Assembly: GCF_006345805.1 (NCBI RefSeq)
Contig: NC_043014.1
Coordinates: 48,298,001-48,362,000, forward strand
DNA from: Octopus sinensis
Taxonomy: Eukaryota
Reading direction: 5' to 3'
DNA length: 64,000 nt
The notes under the pieces are model-generated. The model searched no databases and was not told the DNA's origin. It was given only the letters and a program-made list of their open reading frames with translations. A program made the translations under genes and the position numbers. This document shows, in pieces, positions 35,585 through 50,384 of the stretch. The first letter of the stretch is position 1. Every line of letters begins with the position of its first letter.

Positions 35585-37358
35585 CACACACACACACACT
35601 CATACACACACATATACACTCACACACATATACACTCACACACATATACACTCACACACATATATATGTACACTCGCACACATACAATCATATACATATA
35701 TACACTCACACACAGACACACACATATACAAACACACGCACATATATATGTACACTCACACACATACAATCATACACATATATACATTCATATACACATA
35801 TATATATATACACTCACACACATACATACATACACTCAAACACACACATATATATGTACACTCATACACATACAATCATACACATATATATACACTCATA
35901 CACACACACATATATATATATATACAATCACACACACGCACATATATACATATATATATACACTCATACACACACATATATATATACACTCACACACATA
36001 CATACATACACTCAAACACACACATATATATGTACACTCATACACATACAATCATACACATATATATACACTCATACACACACACATATATATATATATA
36101 TACAATCACACACACGCACATATATACATATATATATACACTCATACACACATATATATATATACACTCACACACATACATACATACACTCAAACACACA
36201 TATATATGTACACTCATACACATACAATCATACACATATATATACACTCATACACACACACATATATATATATATACAATCACACACACGCACATATATA
36301 CATATATATATACACTCATACACACAGGTACTCACACACACTCACACGCACACACATGTATATGTAAGCACCCATATATACATAAAAACATAAATATGCC
36401 TGTCGAAGACTTGTTTTTACTTATCTTTTTTTTTACAATATATTTCATTACAAAGATAACGTAGATACAAACATGTATGTGAGTATGACATACACCCATT
36501 ATGTATGTGTGTGTGTGTATTTGCATTGAATGTATATGATGTCATACACACTACTGCAGACACACAAACACACACATATACACGCACCCACACACATAGA
36601 CACAACACACATACACAAAGAAGACACACAACACATATACAACACTTACAGCACACATATACACATACAACACACTCATGCATAAACACACAACACACAC
36701 ATACACGCATAATACACATACACACACAGAGACACATACACACACAGAGACACATACACACACAGAGACACATACACACACACAGACACATACACACACA
36801 AACAACACACAGACACAACACATACACGCATAATACGCACACACACATACACTACACACACGCAAACAACACACATAGACTCAATACACACATACACGCA
36901 TAATACGCATACATATACATACACAACACACATACACGCATAATACACATACACACATACACATACAACACACACACACATATACAATCAACCCACATAC
37001 ATACACACTCTTGCTTGACAGGTACTTGGAGACGACACTGTAAATCGTTGAGTCACTCCTTCAGTAAAAATAAAATGTTTGCGTGTACACACACACACAC
37101 ACATGTATACACAAAGGCAGATACATATATAAACATATATACACTATCATTTATATTCATACACACATACATTACATACAAATACATATATATATACATA
37201 CATAAATAAATAATTACATACATAAATACATACATACATAAATACATACATAAATACATACATACATACATAAATACATAAATACATACATACATACATA
37301 CATACATACATACATACATACATACATAAATACATACATACATACATACATACATACA

Positions 37359-37390
<32 letters not shown>

Positions 37391-37525
37391 ATAATCCATA
37401 CATACATACAATAATGCACACACATAAGTATATAAGTTTGTGTATAATTGTTTACAAAGCTTGAGATGTTTACAAGAAACAGGATGTTGTCTTTTTTGAA
37501 GGCAACAACAACGACAATAATACTA

Positions 37526-37592
<67 letters not shown>

Positions 37593-37603
37593 TAATAATA
37601 ATA

Positions 37604-37634
<31 letters not shown>

Positions 37635-37654
37635 TAATAATGATAATAATAATG

Positions 37655-37691
<37 letters not shown>

Positions 37692-37702
37692 TAATAATAA
37701 TA

Positions 37703-37748
<46 letters not shown>

Positions 37749-37765
37749 TAATAATAATAATGATA

Positions 37766-37800
<35 letters not shown>

Positions 37801-37855
37801 AATAATAACAATAATAATGATGATGATAATGATAATAATAATGATGATGATAATG

Positions 37856-37895
<40 letters not shown>

Positions 37896-37921
37896 TGATG
37901 ATAATGATAATAATGATAATA

Positions 37922-37952
<31 letters not shown>

Positions 37953-38158
37953 CAATAATAATGATGATGATAATAATAATAATAATGATGATGATAATGA
38001 TAATAATGATAATAATAATAATGATAATGATAATAATAATAACAATAATGATGATGATGAGGATGATGATAATAATAATAATAATAATAATAATGATGAT
38101 GATGACGATGATGATGATGATGATGATAATGATAATAATAATAATAATAATAATGATG

Positions 38159-38210
<52 letters not shown>

Positions 38211-38422
38211 TAATAATAATTAGTAGTAGTAGTTGTAGTGGTGGTGGTGGTGGTGGTGGTGGTGGTAAAAGTGGTGTGGGGGTTTGAGGTGGCAATAGTA
38301 GTAGTAGCAGCAGCAGCAGCCGTTGTAGCAACAGTACTTGCGATAGTAGTAGTTGTGTAGTAGTAGTAGTAGTAGTAGTAGCAGTAATTGTTGTGGTAGT
38401 AGTAGCAGCAACACTAATTGTT

Positions 38423-38455
<33 letters not shown>

Positions 38456-38881
38456 ATAATAATAATAATTGTGGTGGTACGAGCAATCAGCATCACCATC
38501 ATCATCACACCATCTCGCACCCCCACCCCATCACCGTCATCATCATCATCATCATCATCATCACCATTGTTGTTATCTTTATAATCGTTATCGTGCATCG
38601 CTCCCATATAAACCTTGAGACCTTGAACCTAGTCATCATCATCATCGTCGTCATCATCGTTACCGCTACCGTCGTCGTCATCGTCGTCATCATCACGTTG
38701 TCGTTATCACCACTGTCATCACTATATCGTCATCCTCATTTACTAATTATTAATTACATTACATCATACATACATATATATATAAATACATATATATATA
38801 TATATACAATATATATGTATATATGTATATATATATATATAGATATATATATATATAATATATATATATATACATATATAT

Positions 38882-38913
<32 letters not shown>

Positions 38914-38927
38914 CATATGAGTGTATA

Positions 38928-38983
<56 letters not shown>

Positions 38984-39141
38984 ATATATATATATACACT
39001 CATATTACATATACAACACATACATACACACCTCCCAAGACAAAACAGATATTAATTTCTCTCTCATATACAAATATATATACATATATACATAATCTTC
39101 TATGTGTGTTTGTATATATATATAGGCATATATACACACAT

Positions 39142-39172
<31 letters not shown>

Positions 39173-39290
39173 CACACACAAAAAATATCTATATATATGC
39201 ACACATATATACACACACACACACACATATATATATATGTATACACACACACACATATATATATATAAACACACACACACACACACACAC

Positions 39291-39327
<37 letters not shown>

Positions 39328-39415
39328 CACACACACACACACACAAATATATTTATGGAAATATATATATATAGAAATATCTATATATATCTATATATGT
39401 ATATATGCATATATG
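35585..39415. repeat. ~3.8-kb microsatellite block: (CA/TA), (ATAC), ~700 bp of (AAT/GAT), (GTA), (CAT), (TA)
   Basis: Directly visible; (AAT)n at 37519-38220. Confidence 0.97.
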
Positions 39416-41869
39416 GATGAGGGGTTGGGCATATTCCCTCCCCTATATTATAAAGTGTTATTGTTTTTGATGTTGCAGTTGTTGTTTTATAGCCTCATAT
39501 CAACTCATATTGATCAAACCTCTGATCAAAAGACATTCCATTTGTGACCATCCTGTCTTTCTTTCTATGTCTACCTAGGACTTCATAATCCAAAGTGTTC
39601 TCACCTCCTCTTCGCAGACGGTAGAAAGTGATTCGATTCAGACTTTGGTTTCTATTTCTAGCAATTCGAATTACTGCATAAAGGCTTTCTCATTGGCAAT
39701 TGTTGTTGTTGTCGTTGTCCTGCAGCCCAGTGACAGATCTGGTCCCGCATTTCTGTCGCATGTAGGTAGGCCCAACACAGATCTATCTTTACTGCTAAGC
39801 CATGCCTCTGCCAAGCAATGGGCTATAATGCAACAATTCACAAAGCTGTGTTGCTACCCACTTGTTGACACCGGACACCAGTGTCCCTTAAGGCACGGGC
39901 ACACTGGGTAATTGCCCGGGGGACCTCAAGGTTCAAGGGACCTAATTCTGATCCACATGTACTGTAGCTTGCTGTCGATAGATAACTACTACAGGACTCG
40001 GTGCAATGATTTACCCAGGGGTCTCACAAGTCCAGGGGCCCAGCACTGATTTAAGAGTGCTGTGATTTGCTGTCAACATAAGGTCCAGTGTATTGAAATT
40101 GCGCTGGGGACTAAAATGCTGTAAGGACATGCCTTCGACATGGTCCCAAATGCCATATGAGATGCAGTATGACACTCTAGACGGGTTACCTCTTTCCACT
40201 GTCCCACCCATGTCTGTCCACATTGTGGTATCCATAGTGGAAATTTGCTGTCCCTCTGGACATTTTTATTGTTTGGTCTACAGGAAAATGCTGTGCCCAT
40301 TAACCTTCACACCGTGGTGGACTGGCCAGGTTGCTAGCTTGCCTGATGGCAAGTGGGCCCCTGTGCCATTAGAATCCATATATGGGGGCCCATGTTAGTA
40401 TCTAAGGGGTCCATCCCCTTAAGTTTAAGAATTTTTTATTCACTCCTGTTTGTAGACCCCTGGCTGTGTTTGTAGACAGTTGAAAAGAATACTTTTAACC
40501 AAAAAAAAAAAAAAGAAAAGAAAATTAAATGATAGCATTGTAATTGCAAGTGGGCCCCTAAATCCCCTGGCAACCAATATTTTTAGACCCAGTCTGTCAC
40601 TACCTTCACATTACCTTTGATACCAGTTATGCCCTTTTTACAATAGGCACATGGCCTGAATTTTTTTAGGAGAGTTGGGGGTCTAGTTGATTATATTCCC
40701 TTCTCCAACACTCAACGGTCAGCTGGTATTTATTTCATCGATCCCGAAAGAATGAAGGGCAAAGTTGGCCTTAGCAAAATTTGAATTCAGAATGTCGAGA
40801 CAGAAGACATGTCGCTGGGCATTTTGTCCTGTGTGCAAAAATACTTCAGCCTGCTCATCAACTTAGTCAATGCCAACTTGTTGCTGGTAATAGAAATGGG
40901 GTTAATGTCCCCCCCACCAAGAGCAGTTGATGGCTTGCTGGAGAGACATGCAAACAGGGGCGGAATTCTTGCAGGGCTGATGTTCTGGTGTGGAAGGATT
41001 TGGCTGAGGTGTTTAGTGCAGGCTGTGAGGTGGAGTGGGTGTTGGACTCAACATAAGTGATGAGAAGGGGGGGGAGAGAAAGACGGGGAGCAGGATCAAA
41101 AGTAGAAGGAGATACATATTGGTTGGGAGTATGAACTGAGTGAAGATGGCATGAGACCAACCAGTTTTGACGAGCATAGGCCACTGTAGCAGTGGTAGAA
41201 AAGGCGGAGCTAGGATACAGAATGTCTGTGGGCAGGAGCAGGAAATGTGTTAAATGTGTAACCTTGTGCTAATCAGTAAATGGCATTCCTCTATATGTGG
41301 TCGAGGTTGTGTGGCAGTGGAGGTGGGCCCATTGGGAATGGTTACCTTGGTTTTAAAATTCTTAGGGGCACAAAATTTCAAAGGGAAAATAAAATAGTCA
41401 TTCGTAACTACCTCAGCAAGTTGGCATAGCACTCTCTCTCGGTGTGGTCCTTTTGAAGACAGTCAAAAAGCAGAATGCCTTTTGCATCCCATAAAACATC
41501 ACCTTCTCTGCAGATGAAACGACCATGGCCTTCTTTGAAGCAGGTGAGGTAGGGAGTTTCCACTGAATTGACTGTCTCTTTGCCTCTGGCTCAAAGTGAT
41601 GAAGCGAACACTCATCCTGGGATAGGAAATCATCATCATCATCATCATCATCGTTTAAACGTCTGTTTTCCGTGCTAGCACGGGTTGGACGGTTCGACCG
41701 GGGTCCGGGAAGCCAGGAGCTGCACCAGGCTCCAGTCTGATCTGGCAGAGTTTCTACAGCTGGATGCCCTTCCTAACGCCAACCACTCCGCGAGTGTAGT
41801 AATGTTAAAGGAAATCAGTTGGATCTACTTCAAACAGTGTCAGATTTTGTTGTAATATGATCAGCCTGG

Positions 41870-42077
41870 GTGGAGGCGTGTGGCTTAGTGGTTAGGGTGT
41901 TAAACTCATGATTGTAAGGTTGTGGTTTCGATTCCTGGACCAGGCAATGCGATGTGTTCTTGAGAAAAGACACTTCATTTTCACATTGCCCCAGTCCACT
42001 CAGCTGGCAAAAATGTGTAATCCTGCGACGGACCAGCGTCCCGTCCAGGTGGGGAATTTCTACGCCACTGAAACCAG
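41870..42077 (+). mobile_element. tRNA-derived SINE (family D) with 18-bp TSD
   Basis: A box TGGCTTAGTGG, B box GGTTTCGATTCC; TSD GTAATATGATCAGCCTGG at 41852-41869 and 42078-42095. Confidence 0.88.
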
Positions 42078-42535
42078 GTAATATGATCAGCCTGGTGCAC
42101 CTTTGATCAGGTGTCAGAAGACGTGGCTACCACTGAGCAGAAAAATAGGGATCACCTGGGTTGATTTCAGTTCTGTGTGGAGTTGGCATCACTAACAAAG
42201 AGCCTTTTAGCTGTTCCCAGGGACATCATCATCATCATCATCACTTAATGCTCATATTTCCATGCTTGGATGGGTCAAGTGGAATTTGTTGGGGCAGGTT
42301 TTCTACAGTTGGATGCCTTTCCTATCACCAACCCTTGCCTGTTTCCTAGCAAGAAAGCTACTCATAAACTTATATACTCATCATTATAACGGGCTTAAGT
42401 TAAATAAATTGATTGATTTGTTTGTAAAGAACATTCTTCGTAGTTCAATGAAGAAATTGCTGAGCATTTTTTTAATACATAGATATTTTATAGCAAGACA
42501 ATGGGTTAACACCAGTCTGTTACATAGTGTTGGTC

Positions 42536-42600
<65 letters not shown>

Positions 42601-42640
42601 ACTAACTATCCATCTATCATCATTCTATCTATCTATCTAA

Positions 42641-42685
<45 letters not shown>

Positions 42686-43500
42686 GTCTGTCTATCTGTC
42701 TGTCTGTCCATGTATGTATGTATGTATGTATGTATGTATGTATGTATGTATGTATGTATGTATGTATGTATGTATGTATGTATGTGGAGTGTACATTTCG
42801 TAGCACAATATATGGCGTTGAAACAAGAAATTTGATTACTTCAACGAACTGCCAAGAATGTGTTGTATATGCAAATCAGTCAATCCAATTAACTGAAGTC
42901 CTTCGTCATAACAGAATTTATAAGTAGTGTCTCTGACGACAGTTGCAGAGAATAGAATCGGTCGCTAATGGAAACCCAACAGAAAACAGAAAGTTTTCCT
43001 GTACACAAAGATATTGTTTATAAAGACAACAGGTTTAGATCAGTTTGAAGAGGAATGCTAGTCTTCATGATGGTGGTCAGTACCAGCTATTCATGTTGAA
43101 GTTGTGGTATTTCGGTAATTTCAACCAATCAATGACGTGTATTCAGCTGAATAAAAATTACTGCCGTTGTTTGTCAACAACAACTATCGGCGGTGTATTT
43201 TTCGTTTATCACTGTTATTTATGACTTCGTTTGTACGTTTGTACTGGTTTTAGCTTTAAGGTTTTAGGGTTTGGGTTAAGGTGTTAGGGTTAGGGTTTTA
43301 GGGTTAAGGTTTTAAGGTTAGGGTTAGGATTTTAGAGTTAAGGTTGTAATAAATAACAGTGACAAAGAGAGGGGGTAGATAGGTGAAAGAGAAAAGAGGG
43401 AGTGAAAAGCGGGAGCAGAGAGAGACACAGACAAACAGAAGTAGATAGATAGATAGGTAAGTAGGTAGGTAGGTAGGTAGGTAGGTAGGTAGGTAGATAA

Positions 43501-43553
<53 letters not shown>

Positions 43554-43679
43554 GAAAGAGGAGAGAGAGGAAAGAGAGAGAGAGAAGGAGTTTAAATGAG
43601 AAAGGGAAATGACAACAGGAAAAAGTGGGAGAATAAAATATTTCTGAAAAAAAGTTTGACTATGTATGTATGTATGTAT

Positions 43680-43760
<81 letters not shown>

Positions 43761-43778
43761 TGTGCATGTGTATATATA

Positions 43779-44150
43779 GGCACAGGAGTGGCTGTGCGGT
43801 AAGTAGCTTGCTTACCAGTCAAATGGTTCCGGGTTCGGAACTGACACCTTGGGGAAGTGTCTTCTGCTATAGCCTCGGGTCGACCAAAGCCTTGTGAGTG
43901 GATTTGGTAGACGGAAACTGAAAGAAGTCTGTCGTAAAAATACATGTGTGTGTGTGTGTGTGTTTATGTCTCTGCGTTTGTCCCTCTAAGATCGCTTGAC
44001 AACCGTTTACGTCTCCGTCATTTAGCAGTTCGGCGGCAAAAGGCACCGATAGAATAAGTACTAGGCTTACAAAGAATAAGTCCAGGGGTCGATTTGTTCG
44101 ACTAAAGGCGGTGCTCCAGCACGGCCGCAGTCAAATGACCGAAACAAATA
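43779..44150 (+). mobile_element. SINE A
   Basis: Head GGCACAGGAGTGGCTGTGCGGTAAG; full body. Confidence 0.88.
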
Positions 44151-44237
44151 GATAAATTAAAGAACAAGAGTACCTCCGCCAAGGCAACACCAACGTCCTC
44201 TCAACGATTGACCGGAGATGATCTTTAAAATGAGATA

Positions 44238-44613
44238 TCTCTCTCTATATAACGGCAGTTTGTCTGTGCGTGTTTCTGTGTGTCTGTTTCTCGTACCCTC
44301 ACCCTGACCACGGCTTTCACCGATTTGATGAAACTTGACACACACATAGCCCAATGACATAATTCAAAACTAACGCAGCGAAAATTTTGACAAGTTCCCC
44401 AGTTCTGAAAAAATCGATAAATTCGACATGGGGTCGAGAATCAGGAACACAAACCACAAACTGTCTAGGGGACGCAACTCCACCTTTTTTAAATCTCAAA
44501 AAAAATTTACCATCATTTTTTTCATTTTTTTTTTTTGTTTTGGCTATCACTCTCTAAAATGCTTTATAGTTATTTCCCTTACAAACCTGAGCAACGCCGG
44601 GCGATACTGCTAG
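44238..44613 (+). mobile_element. Non-autonomous Helitron
   Basis: A|TCTCTCTCTATATAACGGCAG ... GAGCAACGCCGGG CGATACTG CTAG|T. Confidence 0.88.
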
Positions 44614-44693
44614 TCTGAAATAAAATCAACTGCTCTCACAAACGAGAATACTTAAAATGAACCAGATCACTCAAACAGAAAAATTATCCAAAC

Positions 44694-44771
<78 letters not shown>

Positions 44772-45271
44772 ATCTATCTATATCTATATATATCTATATA
44801 TCTATATATATATATATAACGGGAAGCTTTATGAAAATAGACAAAAGACGAAGGCAGGTTTACGGAAATAAACAAAAGACGAAGGCAGGTGGAATACAAA
44901 AAAACAATTGTATTAGTATGGCGCTCAGGAAATATAAATAAAACAAGTCTTTAACGTTTCGAGTCTACGCTCTTCAACAGAAAGATACACTGAGAAAAAA
45001 CACAGAAAGAAGGAGAGAAAAAAATATGCGTGCAGAAGCTAGCGAATCAACCATCCCTCTCTCTCTCTCTATATATATATATACATAGGAGAAAGGGGTA
45101 CGTTACGCCGCAATAATATATGTATAAAACTTATATATAAAATGTACAAAAGGGGACAAGAGCGCAAACTACACAGAGACGACACAAAAAAACAGACAGA
45201 TCATTCGAAGCCTCTAATCTTCAGTCAGGAACCGGATCATCTTAGCAATTTCGGCTGATAATCCTGATATC

Positions 45272-45318
<47 letters not shown>

Positions 45319-45548
45319 GACTGAAAACGCCAAAAGTTTCTTGCATTGCTCTTATCAAACTGATAAGTGCGATGCAGGAAAATTGCCCTTGTATTTCTTA
45401 TCAATCAATCTGCCTGTCTGATTGTATGATTGTCTGTATGTATATGTGTGTAAGCGAAGGTGCGTATGTATATATACACGTTTATATATAACTATACATA
45501 CATACATATAAATGTAGGTATATAATGTATATATATAACTTTACATAT

Positions 45549-45872
45549 TCTTTTACTGGTTTCAGTCATCTGACTGCGGCTATGCTGGAGCACCACATGT
45601 AGTTGAGCAAATCAACCTCACGACTTATTCTTCGTAAGCCTAGTACTTATACTATCGGCCCCTTTTGCCAAACTGCTAAGTTACGGGCACGTAAACAAAC
45701 CAGCATCGGTTGTCAAGCGATGTTCGGTGGGTGGGGAGATGTACAAATACAGATACACACACATACATGGGCTTCTTTCATTTTCTCTCTACCAAATCCA
45801 CTCACAAGCCTTTGGTAGACGGAACCATGTGGTTGGTAAGGAAGCTACTTATCACACAGCCACTCCTGCGCC
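45549..45872 (-). mobile_element. SINE A with internal deletion
   Basis: Matches the family consensus with the central part missing. Confidence 0.8.
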
Positions 45873-46280
45873 CATATATATATATTATATATATATATAT
45901 ATAATATATTTATTTATTTTGTATTTGTTTTTAATTGTATTGTTTTTACCCCTCTGCAAAGGAATTTATTTAATTCTTTCGCAGGAAGGATTATTTCGTC
46001 GAGACGTGTTCTGTCCTCACCTTCGAAACACGCTGGAGTTGAACTAGGGACGGCTGATAAAGGGGATTTTTCCTTGTGTAGTTGTCTTGTACTCTGTTTT
46101 TCGTTTGTGTAAAGGAATGGTCCGTTCCATGCTGTTTTTACGTTTTCGTTTCTCGCTGAGTTCTACGTCTATTTTGGTGTCCTGTACACACGTATATATA
46201 TTTACATATGCATGTATATATACATGTAGATGTAGGTACGTACATATATGTGTGTATGTATGCACATATTTTATTTATTA

Positions 46281-46355
<75 letters not shown>

Positions 46356-46706
46356 ATGAATATATATAATTATATATATATTATATATATATATTATATA
46401 TATATATATATATATGTATATGATATATATTTCTGTGTATGCTTTCTTTATCGTTTATTATTTATTTATATTTCAACCTTCAAATATGTGTGCATGTATA
46501 TTGTAATTCATATGAGTATACACAAAGACACACACACATACACACAGGTATATTTGTATGTTTTTGTTGATAGTTGAGTGCTTCGATTAATAGATAGATT
46601 ACTGGTTTGTTGTGTATAGGTTATAATTATCGGGTTTGTGAACGTTTGTGCTTGTTTATGCATGAGGTGTTCTGTATTTGTATATGGTGGATGGATTTAT
46701 GAGCAT

Positions 46707-46741
<35 letters not shown>

Positions 46742-47391
46742 TACATGTGTCTGTGTATAGTTGTAGGCGTGTGTATATCAGTATGTATGAGTATGGGTTT
46801 TTCCGTATACGTATATGTAGTTATGTGTGTAGGCGTATACACAGGCGCATACACACATATATATATATATGTGTGTGTGTGTATGTATGTATGTTTGCAT
46901 GCATACATGTGTATGTACGTATGCATGCATACATGTGTGTGTGTGTGAATGCGTGACTACGTGTGATTCCGTATATAGGTGGTTTTATGTCTTTTGTACT
47001 GGATGTGTATTTATATCTTTCAGATAGCCCTTAGCTGATTTATGGCCTGGCCTGACCTTCTTCTATCAGTTTGGTCAATGTTCGTCTTCCCGTTTTACTT
47101 CCTTCTTTTCATCTTCTATGATTTTATATATTTTCTCTTTCTCTCTTTTTCTCCTCTCTCTCTCTCCTTTTCTGTCTTTTCTTCCTGCTTCATCCCTCAC
47201 TCCTCTGGTCGCACGTATCTGGTTCTGAGAAAGGCACCGACGTTGTTCGAACTTCCTTGAAATGGTGCTTTACATATCTCTTGCTATTTTATGTGACATG
47301 CAAGGTTGTTGATTATTTGCATGACGGGCAGGGTGGGTGGGGAAGGAATGTATGTATTTGGAGCTTTAACATCAGTTACTATATTTATTGC

Positions 47392-47484
47392 AGGACACTG
47401 AAGAGGTGCAGTGCATGATTGCATAATGTGTCTATGGTCATTATGTAATTATTCCGGCATGTTAAGGAAACGCGTGTATGTCCT
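47392..47484 (+). ncRNA. Type I hammerhead-ribozyme-like motif in a Penelope-like fragment
   Basis: Stem I AGGACA/TGTCCT, CUGAAGA, long stem II hairpin, GAAA, palindromic ACGCGU stem III, GUA triplet; base of stem II mismatched. Confidence 0.6.
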
Positions 47485-47585
47485 ATAAATCTCTGAATAC
47501 GACAACTGTTTTCTGTTTGTTATTTCAAATTTTCACTCTCTTTATATTATAGATATATATACAAGAAACTAAATATCTACACAAC

Positions 47586-47589
<4 letters not shown>

Positions 47590-47660
<71 letters not shown>

Positions 47661-47661
47661 C

Positions 47662-47711
<50 letters not shown>

Positions 47712-47955
47712 TAATACACAAACAACTTAATGTGTGTGTGTGTGTGTAAATAAGTATGTATATAAACAACCTGTCTCTGAGAGTCTGTGACGGCCATGGG
47801 CGCTGTCCCATTTTCCGTCTACTAATATATATTAAATCTATGAACAACTAAATACAAATAAATATATATATAAATAGATTAATATATAAATTACGAGAAA
47901 AACATTATCAATTAAATACAAAAATATAGACATATATGTATATATTTATGTATGC

Positions 47956-47993
<38 letters not shown>

Positions 47994-48402
47994 GTATGTA
48001 AGTATGTATGTATGTATGTATGTATGTATGTGTGTGTGTGTGTGAGAGACTATATGTATGTATCTATGTTTGTGCGTACATACACACACATACATATAAA
48101 CAACCATATACAGTTATGTATGTGCACATATGCGTATATGTCACTTACAATGCGCGCGTGTGTGTGTATGTGTGTGTTTTCGTATATGTGTGTCACTATG
48201 TTATTTGAGGATTTTAAAAATGTGTGTGTTTGCGTGACTGTGTATGTCTGTGTATATGTTTTGTCATATATTTACATGTGTGCCTTTCACATTGTGTAGT
48301 GGATGTGTAAGTGCATGCAAATACTGTGTATAAGTATGTGTGTCTATGGATATATGTGTGTGTATGTTGTAAATATGTTATGTATGTATGTATTATATAT
48401 AG

Positions 48403-48466
<64 letters not shown>

Positions 48467-48568
48467 TATACATACATACATAACATATTTACAACATACA
48501 CACACACACCACACACAGATATATATATATATATAATATATATAAATATATACATACATACATAACAT

Positions 48569-48599
<31 letters not shown>

Positions 48600-48686
48600 T
48601 ATTATATATATATATATATATATAAATATATACATACATACATAACATATTTACAACATACACACACACACAAACATATATTATAT

Positions 48687-48722
<36 letters not shown>

Positions 48723-48762
48723 ATATAAATACATACATACATACATAACATATTTACAACAT

Positions 48763-48799
<37 letters not shown>

Positions 48800-48822
48800 C
48801 ATACATAACATATTTACAACAT

Positions 48823-48855
<33 letters not shown>

Positions 48856-49435
48856 AACAAGCACACACACACCACACATATGCGTGTGTGTGTATATACA
48901 GGCATGTATGTGTAACTATATATTCCAATGTGCGTGACATTGTACCGTTCTAGTTTATATCCTCGTGTGTATGCGTATACACACATATATGTGTGCGTGT
49001 ACAAAGCGTAGTTCATTTATCTGTAAGTATGGCTGTTGCTATGTGTCTGGTATGTAAGGGTTGGTTAAGAGTGGTTCAGTATGTGTCTGTATGTATGTGT
49101 GTCTTTATGTGTGTCTGTATGTGTTTGCATCTGTGTATATGTGTATGTGATGATTTATAGGTTTATGACCTTATCCTCCTCAAACACACATTCACAGACA
49201 CAAACTCACTCACAGATACATACACACGCACACATATATTTTAAACATATCACATTAATATACACGTATATGCATATGTGTATATGTGTATGTATGTACC
49301 TGTTTTCTTTGTATATATTACGTGCCATTCAAACGCACATACACTCATGTATATGTGTGTACACATACATACATACATTCATAAATACATACATACATAA
49401 ACACACATATATATATAGACGCACATATTTTTATG

Positions 49436-49468
<33 letters not shown>

Positions 49469-50353
49469 ACTATCTATTTACACACATACACACTCACATA
49501 CACGCACACATATATCAACAAATAAATATATATGTATATGTTTTTGTATATACATTTGTGGGTGAGTGTATTTTGCAATGTGTGTATATATGTGTTTGTG
49601 TGTGCGTATGTGTATGTATGTATGTATGTATGTGTGTGTGAAAATAAATATTTTAACAACAAAAATGCGATTGTTTCTCTAAAGATTTTTATTTCTTGAA
49701 TCAGAGACAGTGAAGAATTACTGGTGGTGTTAACTACACTCCTGTCTCTCTCCTCTATACCTGCTCACACACGCCACATACACACACATACATACATACA
49801 TACATACATACGTACATACATACATACATATGTACATACATACAATCATACACCACACGCATAGAGATTTACGTACATACACACACACATTCAAACGCAC
49901 ATACATTTATACACTCACAAGCATCTACATAGACATGTGTTTGTATGTGTGTGTGTGTATGTGTGTGTAAACTTAAGTTTATGTTTACATATAGGTATAT
50001 ATACATGTAGACATATATGTATGTGTTCACGCATACACGCTTACATACATATATATATGTGTGTGTGTGTATATATATATATACACGTGTTTATGTGGGT
50101 GTATATAAATGTATATATATATATATATGGATGTTGTATATGTATATATGTATGGTGTATATATTTGTGTGTGAATGTGTGTACATATGTGTATATATAT
50201 GTATGTTGTATATATTTGTGTGTAAATGTGTGTATATTTATATGTGTATATTGTATGGTGTATATATATTTGTGTGTACATGTGTGTTTATATGTGTATA
50301 TATGTATGGTGTAAATATTTGTGTGTGTAAATGTGTGTACATATGTGTATGTT

Positions 50354-50384
<31 letters not shown>

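Noticed and set aside
34771-39420. Long His/Pro/Thr/Ile/Tyr-rich ORFs (up to 486 aa)
   Set aside because: Translations of microsatellites, open in several frames, with no splice or homology support
42920-42995. CTGACGA...GAAAC hammerhead-like spacing
   Set aside because: No convincing stem II/III and no NUH cleavage triplet
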